Shown here piece after piece: positions 32,641 through 42,629 of a DNA stretch of 64,000 nucleotides. The notes beneath the pieces are model-generated. The model did no database searches. It was not told the origin of the DNA and saw only the letters and a program-made list of their open reading frames with translations. The DNA is from Candidatus Freyarchaeum deiterrae. GTDB taxonomy: Archaea > Asgardarchaeota > Jordiarchaeia > Jordiarchaeales > Jordiarchaeaceae. Position 1 is the stretch's first letter. The number at the start of each line of letters is the position of its first letter. Made by a program: the position numbers and the translations under genes. The DNA is taken from NCBI GenBank assembly GCA_037305845.1, contig CP147778.1, positions 1,440,001 to 1,504,000 of the forward strand. Reading direction: 5' to 3'.

Positions 32641-34248
32641 TTGGAAACCACGGCTTCTCTTAAAAATATGCAAAAAATGGCTTGCAGGGAAATAATAGAG
32701 CAGGTTCTAAACAATAAGGAAATGAACGAGGAGCTAAACAAATTAAAAATAAAAATTTGCCAGAAATATCACCTAAATAAGGTTCCTAGGAACTCGGAGA
32801 TTCTTAGCTATGCCTCGGAACAAGAGAGACAATATCTGCTACCCCTCTTAAGAAAGAAGAGAACACGTACAATTTCAGGTATCGCCATCGTAGCCGTAAT
32901 GTCTAAGCCGGCACCCTGCCCCGGTACTTGTATCTACTGCCCTGGAGGTACCATCGCTCCGAAATCCTACTCAGGGCATGAGCCAGCAGCCATGAGAGCT
33001 ATTCAGAATAATTTTGACCCATACTTACAGGTAAAATCTAGGATTAAACAACTAGGAGCAATCGGCCACAGGGTTGACGGAGGCAAAATAAAGCTCGTGG
33101 TAATGGGTGGAACATTTCTTTCTCTCCCAATAGATTATCAGCATTACTTTGTACAAAGATGCCTTGATGCAATAACCGATATTTCTTCAGATACACTGGA
33201 TGAAGCAAAAAGAAATGCAGAACATTCTCGTACTAGAAATGTGGGAATAACTTTCGAAACACGCCCTGATTATTGCAGAGAAAAGCACGTCGATAACATG
33301 CTCAATATGGGGGGAACTAAAGTGGAAATTGGAGTTCAAACTGTTTACGATGATATTTACAAACTTGTTCACAGAGGCCACACTGTACAAGATGTGGTAG
33401 AAGCTTTTAGGATAGCTAAGGATTCGGGTCTCAAGGTTACAGCGCACCTTATGCCTAATCTTCCGGGATCAGATTATAGTAGAGATTTGGATATGTTCAA
33501 AACCATCTTTGATGATCCAAGGTTTAAGCCCGACAGCCTGAAGATTTATCCTTGTTTGGTACTTGAAGGCACGCCTCTCTACGATTTGTATATTAAAGGT
33601 GAGTATAGCCCTTACACGACGGATGATATCGTCAAACTTGTTGCTGAAGCTAAACGTATAATTCCAAAATGGATCCGTATTCAACGTATTCAAAGAGATA
33701 TACCTTCAAACCTAATTGTTTGCGGTGTGAAGAATGGCAATCTAAGGGAGTTAGCCGCTGAGGAGCTGGCAAGAAGGGGGTATAAATGTCAATGTATACG
33801 TTGCAGAGAAGTAGGTCATGTATCGCAGAGAAATCCGAATCTTTTACAAGGGGCAGAAGTGTTTTTACACACTGAGAGCTACTCTGCATCGGAAGGGGAA
33901 GAAGTGTTTGTATCCTATGAAAATAAGGATAGAAGTATTTTAGTAGGGTTTTTAAGACTTAGACGACCATCAGATTTGGCTCATAGACCTGAGATTCGAA
34001 ATTGTGGGTCAATGGTTGTTAGAGAATTGCATGTTTATGGTCCACTTGTACCCGTTCATGAAAAGCCAAGGGATGAATGGCAACACCGGGGATACGGTAA
34101 AAATTTACTAAGTGAAGCCGAAAAAATTGCCAGAGAAGATTATGATGCAAAAAAGCTCCTAGTTCTCTCTGGCATAGGAGTTAAAGAGTATTACTATAAA
34201 CTGGGATACAAACCTGATGGCATCTATGTTTCAAAAAAATTAAAATAG
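32641..34248 (+). CDS. elp3: Elp3 tRNA U34 acetyltransferase (radical SAM + KAT)
   Basis: CPGTCIYC, MGGTF, ETRPD, RIQRDIP, RELHVYG, QHRGYG. Confidence 0.97.
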   Translation: METTASLKNMQKMACREIIEQVLNNKEMNEELNKLKIKICQKYHLNKVPRNSEILSYASEQERQYLLPLLRKKRTRTISGIAIVAVMSKPAPCPGTCIYCPGGTIAPKSYSGHEPAAMRAIQNNFDPYLQVKSRIKQLGAIGHRVDGGKIKLVVMGGTFLSLPIDYQHYFVQRCLDAITDISSDTLDEAKRNAEHSRTRNVGITFETRPDYCREKHVDNMLNMGGTKVEIGVQTVYDDIYKLVHRGHTVQDVVEAFRIAKDSGLKVTAHLMPNLPGSDYSRDLDMFKTIFDDPRFKPDSLKIYPCLVLEGTPLYDLYIKGEYSPYTTDDIVKLVAEAKRIIPKWIRIQRIQRDIPSNLIVCGVKNGNLRELAAEELARRGYKCQCIRCREVGHVSQRNPNLLQGAEVFLHTESYSASEGEEVFVSYENKDRSILVGFLRLRRPSDLAHRPEIRNCGSMVVRELHVYGPLVPVHEKPRDEWQHRGYGKNLLSEAEKIAREDYDAKKLLVLSGIGVKEYYYKLGYKPDGIYVSKKLK

Positions 34249-34390
34249 TTAAGTTCTCATTTTTTTCGAGAACCGTTGATTTGGCAAGAGTAGTATTCGC
34301 TTTTCTTCAAAGAAGTTCGCTTTAAGTTTAAGCAAAACGTGTTTTTTCCGACTAGGTAATGTTTACAAGGGTCACAGACAGTAACAGTTT

Positions 34391-34762
34391 TTACTTTAGT
34401 TCTGCTATTTTTTTAGCTATGTCATTAATTAAATCGCGTGCGTTTCCCGGTTCGATTATGCTCACGGCAGCAGATGGAACGTCTATTCCCGAGGCAGTGC
34501 CAATCTGTTCTCTACTGCGCACATAGATGTACGGAATTTTTTTCTCCTCGCAGAGCAGCGGCACATGAGCCACAACTTCTGGAGGGTCGACATCTTCTGC
34601 CAGTATAACTAGTTTAGCTTGCCCACGTTCTATGGTCTTAGTCGTCTCATTTGTGCCCTTTCTAATCTTACCGGTATCACGCGCAATCTCTAGCGCTTGC
34701 AGAGCTTTTTTGACTAGCTCATCTGGGACTTGAAACCTTACATAAAAGGGCTTCGACAACAA
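34391..34762 (-). CDS. rpl7ae: Ribosomal/K-turn-binding protein L7Ae
   Basis: [28 protein letters not shown]. Confidence 0.98.
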   Translation of the reverse strand: MLSKPFYVRFQVPDELVKKALQALEIARDTGKIRKGTNETTKTIERGQAKLVILAEDVDPPEVVAHVPLLCEEKKIPYIYVRSREQIGTASGIDVPSAAVSIIEPGNARDLINDIAKKIAELK

Positions 34763-34773
34763 TCATTCCTCCT

Positions 34774-34793
34774 TCGGGCAGCGCCCTCATCAT
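34774..34793 (-). promoter_or_regulatory. K-turn-like motif in rpl7ae 5' leader
   Basis: AUGAU-GA-GGGC-GCU-GCCC-GA directly followed by SD AGGAGG; canonical stem weak. Confidence 0.55.
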
Positions 34794-34912
34794 TTTGTGG
34801 GGCATCGCTCTGAATTGATTATTGGTAGGAAATAAGTTATCAAGTTTCGCTTATGAAATTTTTGGTGATATTAAAATTTGGAGAAGAACAGCGTAATTCG
34901 AGTGGATAAATT

Positions 34913-35428
34913 TTATCTAGACAGAAAGTTGAGAACTTCATTAAGAGCACATTTAAACCATATGGTGTATTTTTCTGGGTGTTTTTCTACGTTTTCTTTA
35001 AGCGTATCTATACTTACCCATTTAAAATCTTCTGCTTCTTCTGGATTTAGTTTGATTTTCCCGTCATGTTTTCCGATAAAAACGTGGTCGAATTCATATT
35101 CAGTAAGATTATGATCAAGATTAGCTTTATATACAAAATCGAAAGATTCTTTCAAATCACAATCAAAACCCATTTCTTCCATTAATCTTCTATGAGCAGC
35201 TTTATCTATAGCTTCCCCGGGTCTTGGATGGCTACAACAGGCATTTGACCATAGACCACCGGAGTGATACTTACTCTTTGCTCTTTTTTGGAGAAGCATT
35301 TCCTCCCTTGAGTTAAAGATAAAAATTGAGAACGCGCGATGTAGTTTCCCTTCTTCGTGTGCTTTTATCTTTTCTTCTGTGCCTATTTCTTTATCAGTCT
35401 CGTCCACTAGGATTACTGTTTCTTTCAT
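34913..35428 (-). CDS. idi: Isopentenyl-diphosphate isomerase type 1 (Nudix fold)
   Basis: H..G.LHRAFS, QKRA..K, W.N.CCSHP, E.E.DHVF; start refined to MKETV. Confidence 0.95.
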   Translation of the reverse strand: MKETVILVDETDKEIGTEEKIKAHEEGKLHRAFSIFIFNSREEMLLQKRAKSKYHSGGLWSNACCSHPRPGEAIDKAAHRRLMEEMGFDCDLKESFDFVYKANLDHNLTEYEFDHVFIGKHDGKIKLNPEEAEDFKWVSIDTLKENVEKHPEKYTIWFKCALNEVLNFLSR

Positions 35429-35499
35429 GTTTAATGCCTCTTTTTTATAAACTAATAACAATTTCGCATACATTGCCATGAAAACTTCAATTTTGATAA

Positions 35500-36318
35500 T
35501 TATTGGGCAGATATAAGAGTTCCCAACTCTTTATTTCCAAGTAGGGAGTTTAGTATGTATCCCTCCTTTTTAGCGTTTATTATTTCTACTTGGATCCCCC
35601 TTTCCACAAGAGGTAAGAGCTCCAATATTTTACGGCGCATTCCCCCAGTAACGTCGGTGGTTTTGGAACCTGAAACGTTTCTTAGAGTTTTTTCAATATT
35701 ATCTGGTGTAATTAAACGAATTAATTTAGCGTTTTTATTTGTGTTCGGATCAGAATCAAATACGCCGTCCACGTTAGTTCCGAAAATTACGCGTTCGGAG
35801 TTTAGTTTTTGGGCCAAAAAAGGTACGATATGGTCACCAGACAATATGCTGTAGCCCTGTTTTTCATCAAAAACAGCATCTCCCCAAAGCACAGGTATAC
35901 AACCCAGATTTAATGCTGACATCAGGGTTTTAGTGAACATGTCGGATAATTTACTATCCTTCTGGATAGAAATGGCAGAAGGCTGTAAAGGAATAGCGGG
36001 TAGTCCAAGGTTCTGAAGCTCCTCCACGAATATTAGATTAAGTTTACGCATAACTTGAACAGTTTTAGTAAATCCCAATATCTGATTACCAGACTTTAAA
36101 CCTAGATGCACATTATACTTAGCCGCAACGCTATGCCCAAAAGAACCTCCCCCGTGAACTAAAACTAGTTTCAAATTGGGAGAGCGGTCAAATGCTTCTT
36201 TAATCTCCATAGCTATTCTCTTTATGGCTTTGAAATCAGCGAGCATATCCTTCTCTTTTTTTGTAATGACACTTCCTCCAACCTTAAGTATAACAATGCT
36301 CATCGTTATCTCTTCCAA
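35500..36318 (-). CDS. ipk: Isopentenyl phosphate kinase
   Basis: KVGGSVIT.K, HGGGSFGH, SGD, DVTGGM. Confidence 0.94.
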   Translation of the reverse strand: MEEITMSIVILKVGGSVITKKEKDMLADFKAIKRIAMEIKEAFDRSPNLKLVLVHGGGSFGHSVAAKYNVHLGLKSGNQILGFTKTVQVMRKLNLIFVEELQNLGLPAIPLQPSAISIQKDSKLSDMFTKTLMSALNLGCIPVLWGDAVFDEKQGYSILSGDHIVPFLAQKLNSERVIFGTNVDGVFDSDPNTNKNAKLIRLITPDNIEKTLRNVSGSKTTDVTGGMRRKILELLPLVERGIQVEIINAKKEGYILNSLLGNKELGTLISAQ

Positions 36319-36337
36319 AAGCAGTTTAGTTTTCCAT

Positions 36338-37304
36338 TTAGCTCTTCTCTATTTTCGCCCCTTCTTGGGATATGTTGGTAATAATGGGTTTTCCATCAGC
36401 TTTTAGTAAAGCATCAGCTATTTGTTTCTGTTTCATTTCCGGTGATAGAGCTATCATGCAGCCTCCTCCGCCTGCGCCTGTTAACTTTGCGCCATATGCC
36501 CCATTTGTTCTAGCTACGTTTATGAGTTTGTTGAGTTCAAAGGTGGAAACACCTATTGCCTCTAATAATCCTTGGTTAATGTCCATTAATTCTCCAAGCG
36601 CTGGTAAATCATTCTTTTCTAGAAACTTTAGACTCTCCATGACAAGTTTGCCTATTGAATTAATAATTGGGGTTACTACTTCGGTTTGTCTATCTCTCCT
36701 CAACCTAACCTTCCTAACCCATTCTGCCGTATTTCTCTCTATGCCTGTATCTCCGATCACGAGAGGTATTCTGGAGTTTAGTTTGACTGGTTTAATGGTG
36801 CCCCCTTTGTATAGTATAATACTTCCATTAGTTGCGATTGTGTTATCGATTCCGGAAGGCGTTCCATGGACAATTTTTTCAGCCTTAAAAGCTATATCAG
36901 AAATTTCGGATTTAGAGAGATTTAGATTTAGCAAAGCGTTTATGGCCATAGTAAGAGCTACAGAAACCGCTGCAGATGAACCTAGTCCAGCACCCGGAGG
37001 AATGTCCGACCTTATAGAAATATCAAAACCACGATCAAAACCGCTCCGATTTGAAATCTCTTTACAAACAGCACATGCTGGAATAAAAATACTTGGTAAA
37101 TGTGACTCTGGCTCGCTTTCATTAATTTTAAACTCACATGACTTCTTATATTCTTGGGAGAAGATTTGACATTCTTTTTTATCATTTAAACTGGCAGTTA
37201 CATAAACCCGCTTATCTATCGCAGCCACTAACGCGGGTTCCCCATAGACAACCGCATGTTCACCGAAAAAAAATAACCTTCCCCGGCGCCGAAGCTGTTA
37301 CCAT
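36338..37304 (-). CDS. mvk: Mevalonate kinase, with apparent one-base frameshift in T8 run at 37266-37273
   Basis: MVTASAPGKVIF joins FGEHAVVYGEPA only if one T is removed; PPGAGLGSSA, GAKLTGAGGGG. Confidence 0.9.
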
Positions 37305-37405
37305 ATCAATTCACCCATCGGTCAGCCAGCATGAGTCCTATAAGGCTCAGCTTATTCATTTATTTTTAATTCATACCTCTTATACCAATTCAAAACTACA
37401 ATTTT

Positions 37406-38014
37406 TTACCTTTTAACTTTGGCTTCAAAATCATCTACAGAAATGGGTAGTTCCCCGTCAGGCTGGATTTCTCCTCTCTCCCTTAGAACCTGCTGTGCTA
37501 ATAACCAGTATATAATGGAGAGCGCCCTACGTCCTTTATTATTACTTGGAATAACTAGATCAATATTCTCGGTAGAATTATCTGTATCACATAGAGCAAC
37601 CACCGGGATTCTAGCCGTTGCAGCTTCAGTTAATGCCTGCGAATCCGCCCGGGGATCGGTGAGCATTATAACATCAGGCTCAATGTACCTTCCTAAAGAG
37701 GGGTTTGTAAAAATTCCAGGAATAAATCTTCCAGCTATCGTGTTAGCACGGATTATGCTACTGAATTTACGTACAGGCCTTTGACCATATTGTCTTGCAG
37801 ATACAAGAGCTATTCTTGCTGGTTCGAATCTTGCTAGAAAACGACCAGTTACTCTTATTCTCTCATCGGTCTTTCTGATGTCGAGAACATAGAGTCCATC
37901 AGACCTTACCCTATAGATAAAGGGCTCCATACTTTTGGTTTTAACCTGTGTCCCAATATGGACTCCTGCGGCAAGATACTTATCCAATGGAATTAATAGT
38001 TCTGGCTCAGACAT
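37406..38014 (-). CDS. rps2: Ribosomal protein S2
   Basis: [26 protein letters not shown]. Confidence 0.98.
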   Translation of the reverse strand: MSEPELLIPLDKYLAAGVHIGTQVKTKSMEPFIYRVRSDGLYVLDIRKTDERIRVTGRFLARFEPARIALVSARQYGQRPVRKFSSIIRANTIAGRFIPGIFTNPSLGRYIEPDVIMLTDPRADSQALTEAATARIPVVALCDTDNSTENIDLVIPSNNKGRRALSIIYWLLAQQVLRERGEIQPDGELPISVDDFEAKVKR

Positions 38015-38087
38015 TATGTAACACGCTCAAATTCTAATTGGATTTGGATGTCTGTGAAATAACGTTTAGACCTAAAAATTTTATGGG

Positions 38088-38288
38088 TTAGGTGTGTTGA
38101 CTAAAGGGAAGTATATCGTCAATTAGGTTAATATGACTAAGCATCATACGCCTACAACAGTATCGTGTAATTTTCAGACTGGTTAAAACGACATCCGGCG
38201 GCTCACCTTGTCTTACTCTTCTAATAAACTCTTCCCATTTGTCAGCTATCAATTTACCACATGTAAAGCATCTTATAGGTATAATCAT
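38088..38288 (-). CDS. rpoN: RNA polymerase subunit N (Rpo10)
   Basis: [19 protein letters not shown]. Confidence 0.97.
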   Translation of the reverse strand: MIIPIRCFTCGKLIADKWEEFIRRVRQGEPPDVVLTSLKITRYCCRRMMLSHINLIDDILPFSQHT

Positions 38289-38432
38289 ATGACAAATCTC
38301 CATCAACCATTAAAAACTGACCAAACTTTCCTATCACACAATGTTTTGTACTATTGGTGAAATAAACGTTTTTTGGATTTTTAAATAGAATGTAAAGATT
38401 ATGCAAAGCTCATCTGTTCTTAAATTAGCTCA

Positions 38433-38843
38433 TCACCTGTAACTCTTTTGGACTTTTGCCCTGGCGCCTCTTCCTCCAGGTTTCTTTGGTTCCTTTTGTC
38501 TAGGATCGGAAACTAGAAATTTTCTATCGTACTCTAGAAGTTTTTGTCTTATTTGAGGATCGTCGAAATATTGGGTTAAGGCCTTCGCAATGGTGGTTCT
38601 AGCTGCTTCTGCTTGACTCGTTATTCCTCCACCCTGAACTGTAACGTCTATGTCAACTTTGTTATATAAAGCGGGTTCTACCAGAATTAATGGTTCCATT
38701 ACTTTTTGGCGGGCTAAAAGTGGTTCTATTAGTTTAACGGGTGTCTTGTTAACTCTGATTCTTCCTGAGCCCGGTTTTAGAACCGCTCTGGCTATTGAAT
38801 TCTTCCTTTTTCCGCTAGTTAGTATTACTATCTTTTTACTCAC
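38433..38843 (-). CDS. rps9: Ribosomal protein S9
   Basis: GKRK..IARA, GGG...QA.A, GARA..QKSYR. Confidence 0.98.
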   Translation of the reverse strand: MSKKIVILTSGKRKNSIARAVLKPGSGRIRVNKTPVKLIEPLLARQKVMEPLILVEPALYNKVDIDVTVQGGGITSQAEAARTTIAKALTQYFDDPQIRQKLLEYDRKFLVSDPRQKEPKKPGGRGARAKVQKSYR

Positions 38844-38862
38844 AATTAAACCTCCGTGAGTT

Positions 38863-39441
38863 CTAACCTACAGGCGATACCCATCCTATTTCATTGGAAA
38901 GTGTTTCTATAGTAATATAGGAACAATCTGATTTTTTAATATGAGCATAGGAAATGGTTTGGGAGGGAGCTTTGCCCAAATACTCGGGTACGCCTAGATA
39001 AACTCTTAGATGCTTGTAGGCAGCCTTTCCTTTAGGTCTCTTCCATGGAAGCATGCCTCGAATGGTACGTTTAACTATTCGGTCGGGTCTTCGAAAATGG
39101 AATGGCCCCTTCAAAGGTTGTGTGTGTGTTTTAATTTGTAATTTCCATTTGTATCGGGATATAATTGCTTTTTTGGTACCAGTAATTACTGCTTTCTCAG
39201 CATTAATGACGGCTACCCTTTGTCCTTGCACAAGATGTGAGGCGACCACGCTTGCCAACCTTCCGAGAATAAGGTTAGTGGCATCAATTACGACTAGGTT
39301 GTCTAGGGGGAGGGAGCCTCTAATTTTCTTTTCGCGGGGTTGTCTTGTTTTTTCTGATTTTTTCTCTATTTTCTTCTCTTCTACTGATTCCGTTTCTTTC
39401 TTTTTTCCAGATTTTTTGACTTGTTTTGACATTTTACCCAC
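38863..39441 (-). CDS. rpl13: Ribosomal protein L13 with Lys/Glu-rich N-terminal extension
   Basis: IDA....LGRLAS, NAEK, IRGMLP. Confidence 0.96.
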   Translation of the reverse strand: MGKMSKQVKKSGKKKETESVEEKKIEKKSEKTRQPREKKIRGSLPLDNLVVIDATNLILGRLASVVASHLVQGQRVAVINAEKAVITGTKKAIISRYKWKLQIKTHTQPLKGPFHFRRPDRIVKRTIRGMLPWKRPKGKAAYKHLRVYLGVPEYLGKAPSQTISYAHIKKSDCSYITIETLSNEIGWVSPVG

Positions 39442-39443
39442 GT

Positions 39444-39809
39444 TTACCCTATTATTTTGACATTAGTGCCTGAAGGATTTCTTTTCATAAGTTCTTGAAT
39501 GGTTATGCATTCTCCTCCAGTCTTTTTAGCTTTGTTTGTCGCTTCCTTAGAAAAAGATAATGCTGCTACACATACCTTATGGTTTAATTCTCCTGAACTC
39601 AAAACCTTTCCAGGCACTAAAACGGTGTCATCATCAACGGTGTATCTGTTAATTTTGGATAAGTTTACAGAAACCTGATTCCTAGCGGGTCTCCTTAATT
39701 CGTCTGCCACTCTGCTCCATAGGTTATTTTTTTCTGATTTTGATTTTTTTGTAAGTTCAGCTATCAATTTCCAAACTTCAGGATTCGTTGGTCCAGTTGG
39801 TTTAGGCAA
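39444..39809 (-). CDS. rpl18e: Ribosomal protein L18e
   Basis: TNP, VNLSKI.R, VPGKVL.SG. Confidence 0.95.
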   Translation of the reverse strand: MPKPTGPTNPEVWKLIAELTKKSKSEKNNLWSRVADELRRPARNQVSVNLSKINRYTVDDDTVLVPGKVLSSGELNHKVCVAALSFSKEATNKAKKTGGECITIQELMKRNPSGTNVKIIG

Positions 39810-39846
39810 TATTTAACCTCCGATTTTCATGTCTGACAATGTATAT

Positions 39847-40653
39847 TTATGTAGTTTGTGAGGCGAGAAGTGACTGTAGCTCTTTAACTTTTTTCTCAAA
39901 TATTTCAATAGATGTTTTTACTATCTCCTCTGGAGGGAGCGCCTCAGTGGATTCTATATTAAATATAAACGAGGTGTCATCCGCTTCAACGTGGATGGCG
40001 TCAAACTCGCATTCGTTTTCGCATGCTTTGCATAGTGAACAATTAAAGACATCCTTTATCATGATTGATTTATTCTTGAGATCCAAAACGCCTTTAGGAC
40101 AAATTTCTACACAATCACCACAAGCTTCGCATTTGTCTCCTTCAAGTTGCACGATTGGTTTATATTTATAAGAACATGTGGAAACGGGTTGGTATTTTGC
40201 ATGATCCTTGCCTCGACCAAGAGAGGCATAAGCTTCTAGTACTATCCGTTGCCCTCGTGCTAAGCGAACAATAGGAATTTTATCACTTACAGGAACTACT
40301 GAGGGATCCTGAGATTTTAGTTCCCCCGAATAAACTATTACTCCTTCTTCCTCCGCTTCCCTCTCGAGAGTAAAGGTAAGTTGACACTGAGTACACCCAG
40401 CTCCTTGGCAACTGCATTTTTCAGGTAAATTATAACCCTGCAAATCGGTTTTGAGAGGAATAAGACCTAAGCGGTGCCCAAGAACTTCATCAAATAGGGG
40501 AGATGTGTTTTCTATGATAATGACCTCATCAATAGCCATAACCGGCACTTCAGCTAAGATTATGCGCCGTAAAGCATTAGCGAATGAAACATCGATGTTC
40601 TCCACCATAAACTTCATTGTATTTTCATCCTTGGATAGTATACGGATGTTCAT
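39847..40653 (-). CDS. rpoD: RNA polymerase subunit D (Rpo3) with ferredoxin-like Fe-S domain
   Basis: ANALRR, HRLGLIP, CEACGDCVEICP, CSLCKACENEC. Confidence 0.97.
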   Translation of the reverse strand: MNIRILSKDENTMKFMVENIDVSFANALRRIILAEVPVMAIDEVIIIENTSPLFDEVLGHRLGLIPLKTDLQGYNLPEKCSCQGAGCTQCQLTFTLEREAEEEGVIVYSGELKSQDPSVVPVSDKIPIVRLARGQRIVLEAYASLGRGKDHAKYQPVSTCSYKYKPIVQLEGDKCEACGDCVEICPKGVLDLKNKSIMIKDVFNCSLCKACENECEFDAIHVEADDTSFIFNIESTEALPPEEIVKTSIEIFEKKVKELQSLLASQTT

Positions 40654-40798
40654 AATTACACCAACGAGCTAGTTAAAGTACATTAAATAATTAAAAACTC
40701 TTTCTTCAATAAGCACAATCAACAACATATAAAAATTATATAAAGTTACTCACTCTCTTTTTTCTAAAAATTTTAAGACGTAGGGAGTTATTATAATT

Positions 40799-41200
40799 TT
40801 AAACCCTACGACCACGTCGTCCTCCTGGTCTGCGTGTGCCGTCATGTGGATGTGGAGTTACCTCCTCAATTCTTCCAATTCTCAGTCCTGCTCTTGCCAG
40901 AGCACGTATGGCCGCTTGGGCCCCTGGACCTGGTGTTTTAGGGCCATGCCCACCAGGCGCTCTGACATAAATGTGTATAGCTGTAATTCCCTTGTCCATA
41001 GCCGTCTGAGCTGCCCTGTAAGCAGCTTGCATAGCTGCATACGGAGAAGATTCATCTCGATCGGCTTTTACAATCATTCCTCCTGAATATCTCGCAACTG
41101 TTTCAGCGCCCGAAACGTCAGTTATGTGAACAATAGTGTCGTTATAAGAAGAGTATATGCGGGCAATTCCCCAATGAATTTTTTTAGATTTTTCGCCCAT
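40799..41200 (-). CDS. rps11: Ribosomal protein S11
   Basis: [29 protein letters not shown]. Confidence 0.98.
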   Translation of the reverse strand: MGEKSKKIHWGIARIYSSYNDTIVHITDVSGAETVARYSGGMIVKADRDESSPYAAMQAAYRAAQTAMDKGITAIHIYVRAPGGHGPKTPGPGAQAAIRALARAGLRIGRIEEVTPHPHDGTRRPGGRRGRRV

Positions 41201-41232
41201 TTTTCATTCCTCTATTTTCTAATTTATCATCA

Positions 41233-41760
41233 TTATTCTTGGACATTTGCTTTGATGCGTGTTGGATGATTTGGATCACTTAATGGTGAAGAAGAAGCGA
41301 AAGATACTAGGCTCTCGCCTTTTCTATCCACTAGATATCCTGGTGATGTGATACGCTTTCCGTCTACAGCTATATGTCCATGTACTATTAATTGCCTGGA
41401 ATGGTAAATAGAATTTGACAGACCTTGCATTTGGACTAGGGTCTGTAGTCTTCTATTTAATATGTCTTCAATGTTTAGCCTAAGCACTTCATCCAGTGTA
41501 GCTTCTGGTGATAAGATGCCTAGACGATTAAGTTTTCCCACTAATTGGCTCCTTGCTTTTTCCTGTGCCTCATCTGGAAGAGCAAGTGAACGTCTGGCAT
41601 GCTTCCTTAAGCCTCTGAGCAGGGTAGTAGCTCGCCAGATTTCTCTCTTATTCCTCAATCCATACTTACCCATAAGAATTAGTTCACTGTGTATCCTATC
41701 CTTCGAAAATGGATGCATTGGAGTCTTATACTTCTTTCTTTGCCTCTTAGGATCGCCCAT
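41233..41760 (-). CDS. rps4: Ribosomal protein S4
   Basis: MGDPK, YGLRNKRE, RRLQT, RQLIVHGHI. Confidence 0.98.
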   Translation of the reverse strand: MGDPKRQRKKYKTPMHPFSKDRIHSELILMGKYGLRNKREIWRATTLLRGLRKHARRSLALPDEAQEKARSQLVGKLNRLGILSPEATLDEVLRLNIEDILNRRLQTLVQMQGLSNSIYHSRQLIVHGHIAVDGKRITSPGYLVDRKGESLVSFASSSPLSDPNHPTRIKANVQE

Positions 41761-41777
41761 TTAAACTACCTCGAAAT

Positions 41778-42230
41778 TTACCTCTTCTTTCTCCTCACTC
41801 CCACGGTTTGACCTTTACGACCCGTGGTTTTGGTATGCTGCCCTCTGGACTTGAGTCCTAAAGCGTGGCGTATACCTCTGTAACTCTTCGTTTTTCTCAA
41901 ATCATCTATATCATTTTTGGTGATTAAAGTTAAATCATTGCCAATAAAATGTTTATCCTTACCTAAACTAACATCCTTCTGCCGATTCAACATCCAACCA
42001 GGGATACCGAATTTCATTGGATCATCTAGAACCTCTTCAACCTTTTTAACATCCTGATCCGAAACATATCCCATTCTAATATCCGGATTTAGACCAGTCA
42101 CCCGGATTATAGCTTGCGCTAACCTAATGCCTACGCCTTTAATACCCTTCAAAGCGTAAAGGAACCTTTTTGCACCATCTAAATCGGTACCTGAAACCCG
42201 AACAATATAACGATAACTTTCCGACGACAA
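41778..42230 (-). CDS. rps13: Ribosomal protein S13
   Basis: IKGVG, W.LNR.KD, YRGIRH..GL..RGQ.T.TTGR; TTG start after AGGAG. Confidence 0.97.
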   Translation of the reverse strand: MSSESYRYIVRVSGTDLDGAKRFLYALKGIKGVGIRLAQAIIRVTGLNPDIRMGYVSDQDVKKVEEVLDDPMKFGIPGWMLNRQKDVSLGKDKHFIGNDLTLITKNDIDDLRKTKSYRGIRHALGLKSRGQHTKTTGRKGQTVGVRRKKR

Positions 42231-42397
42231 TAGTGAACACTCCTTGTTAGGATGCAAAAACATCAAAACATCCAAATAAACTTTACGTATAAACATGTGA
42301 TAAGCAACAATACAGAGTATAACTTTAAAAAATAAACATTTCTATTTAAAATACGCTGAAAACAAATAAATATACAAGGCTGTAAACTAAATAGCAA

Positions 42398-42542
42398 GCA
42401 GGGATAGCCAAGTGGTAAACGTTAAACGTATCCGCAACGGCGCAGATAGTCTACAATGGTAGATAGCGTAAGCCTGGAGAACTTTCTTGGAAGCCTGTGA
42501 TCCGTAAGGATCGCGTGGGTTCAAATCCCACTCCCTGCGCCA
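42398..42542 (+). tRNA. tRNA-Ser(GGA) with three introns: 42418-42437 (21/22), 42446-42471 (29/30), 42480-42491 (37/38); CCA encoded
   Basis: Acceptor GCAGGGA/TCCCTGC-G-CCA, long variable arm, GTGGG-TTCAAAT-CCCAC; anticodon stem CAGGC/GCCTG forms after excision; mature 87 nt. Confidence 0.9.
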
Positions 42543-42629
42543 TTATTTGTTCCTTTTAATATAACTTGAAAAGAAATTCCATCTCTAAATTAAAATTCTT
42601 AAATCTTTAAAACTTGAGTCTAGTACTTT

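Noticed and set aside
37266-37273. mvk break as another BHB intron
   Set aside because: Only one extra base in a homopolymer; no hairpin insert.
42486-42492. Alternative reading of the first tRNA as Pro(TGG) using CTTGGAA as the loop
   Set aside because: Long variable arm and G73 indicate Ser; the 37/38 intron gives GGA; a real Pro(TGG) gene is at 61690-61840.
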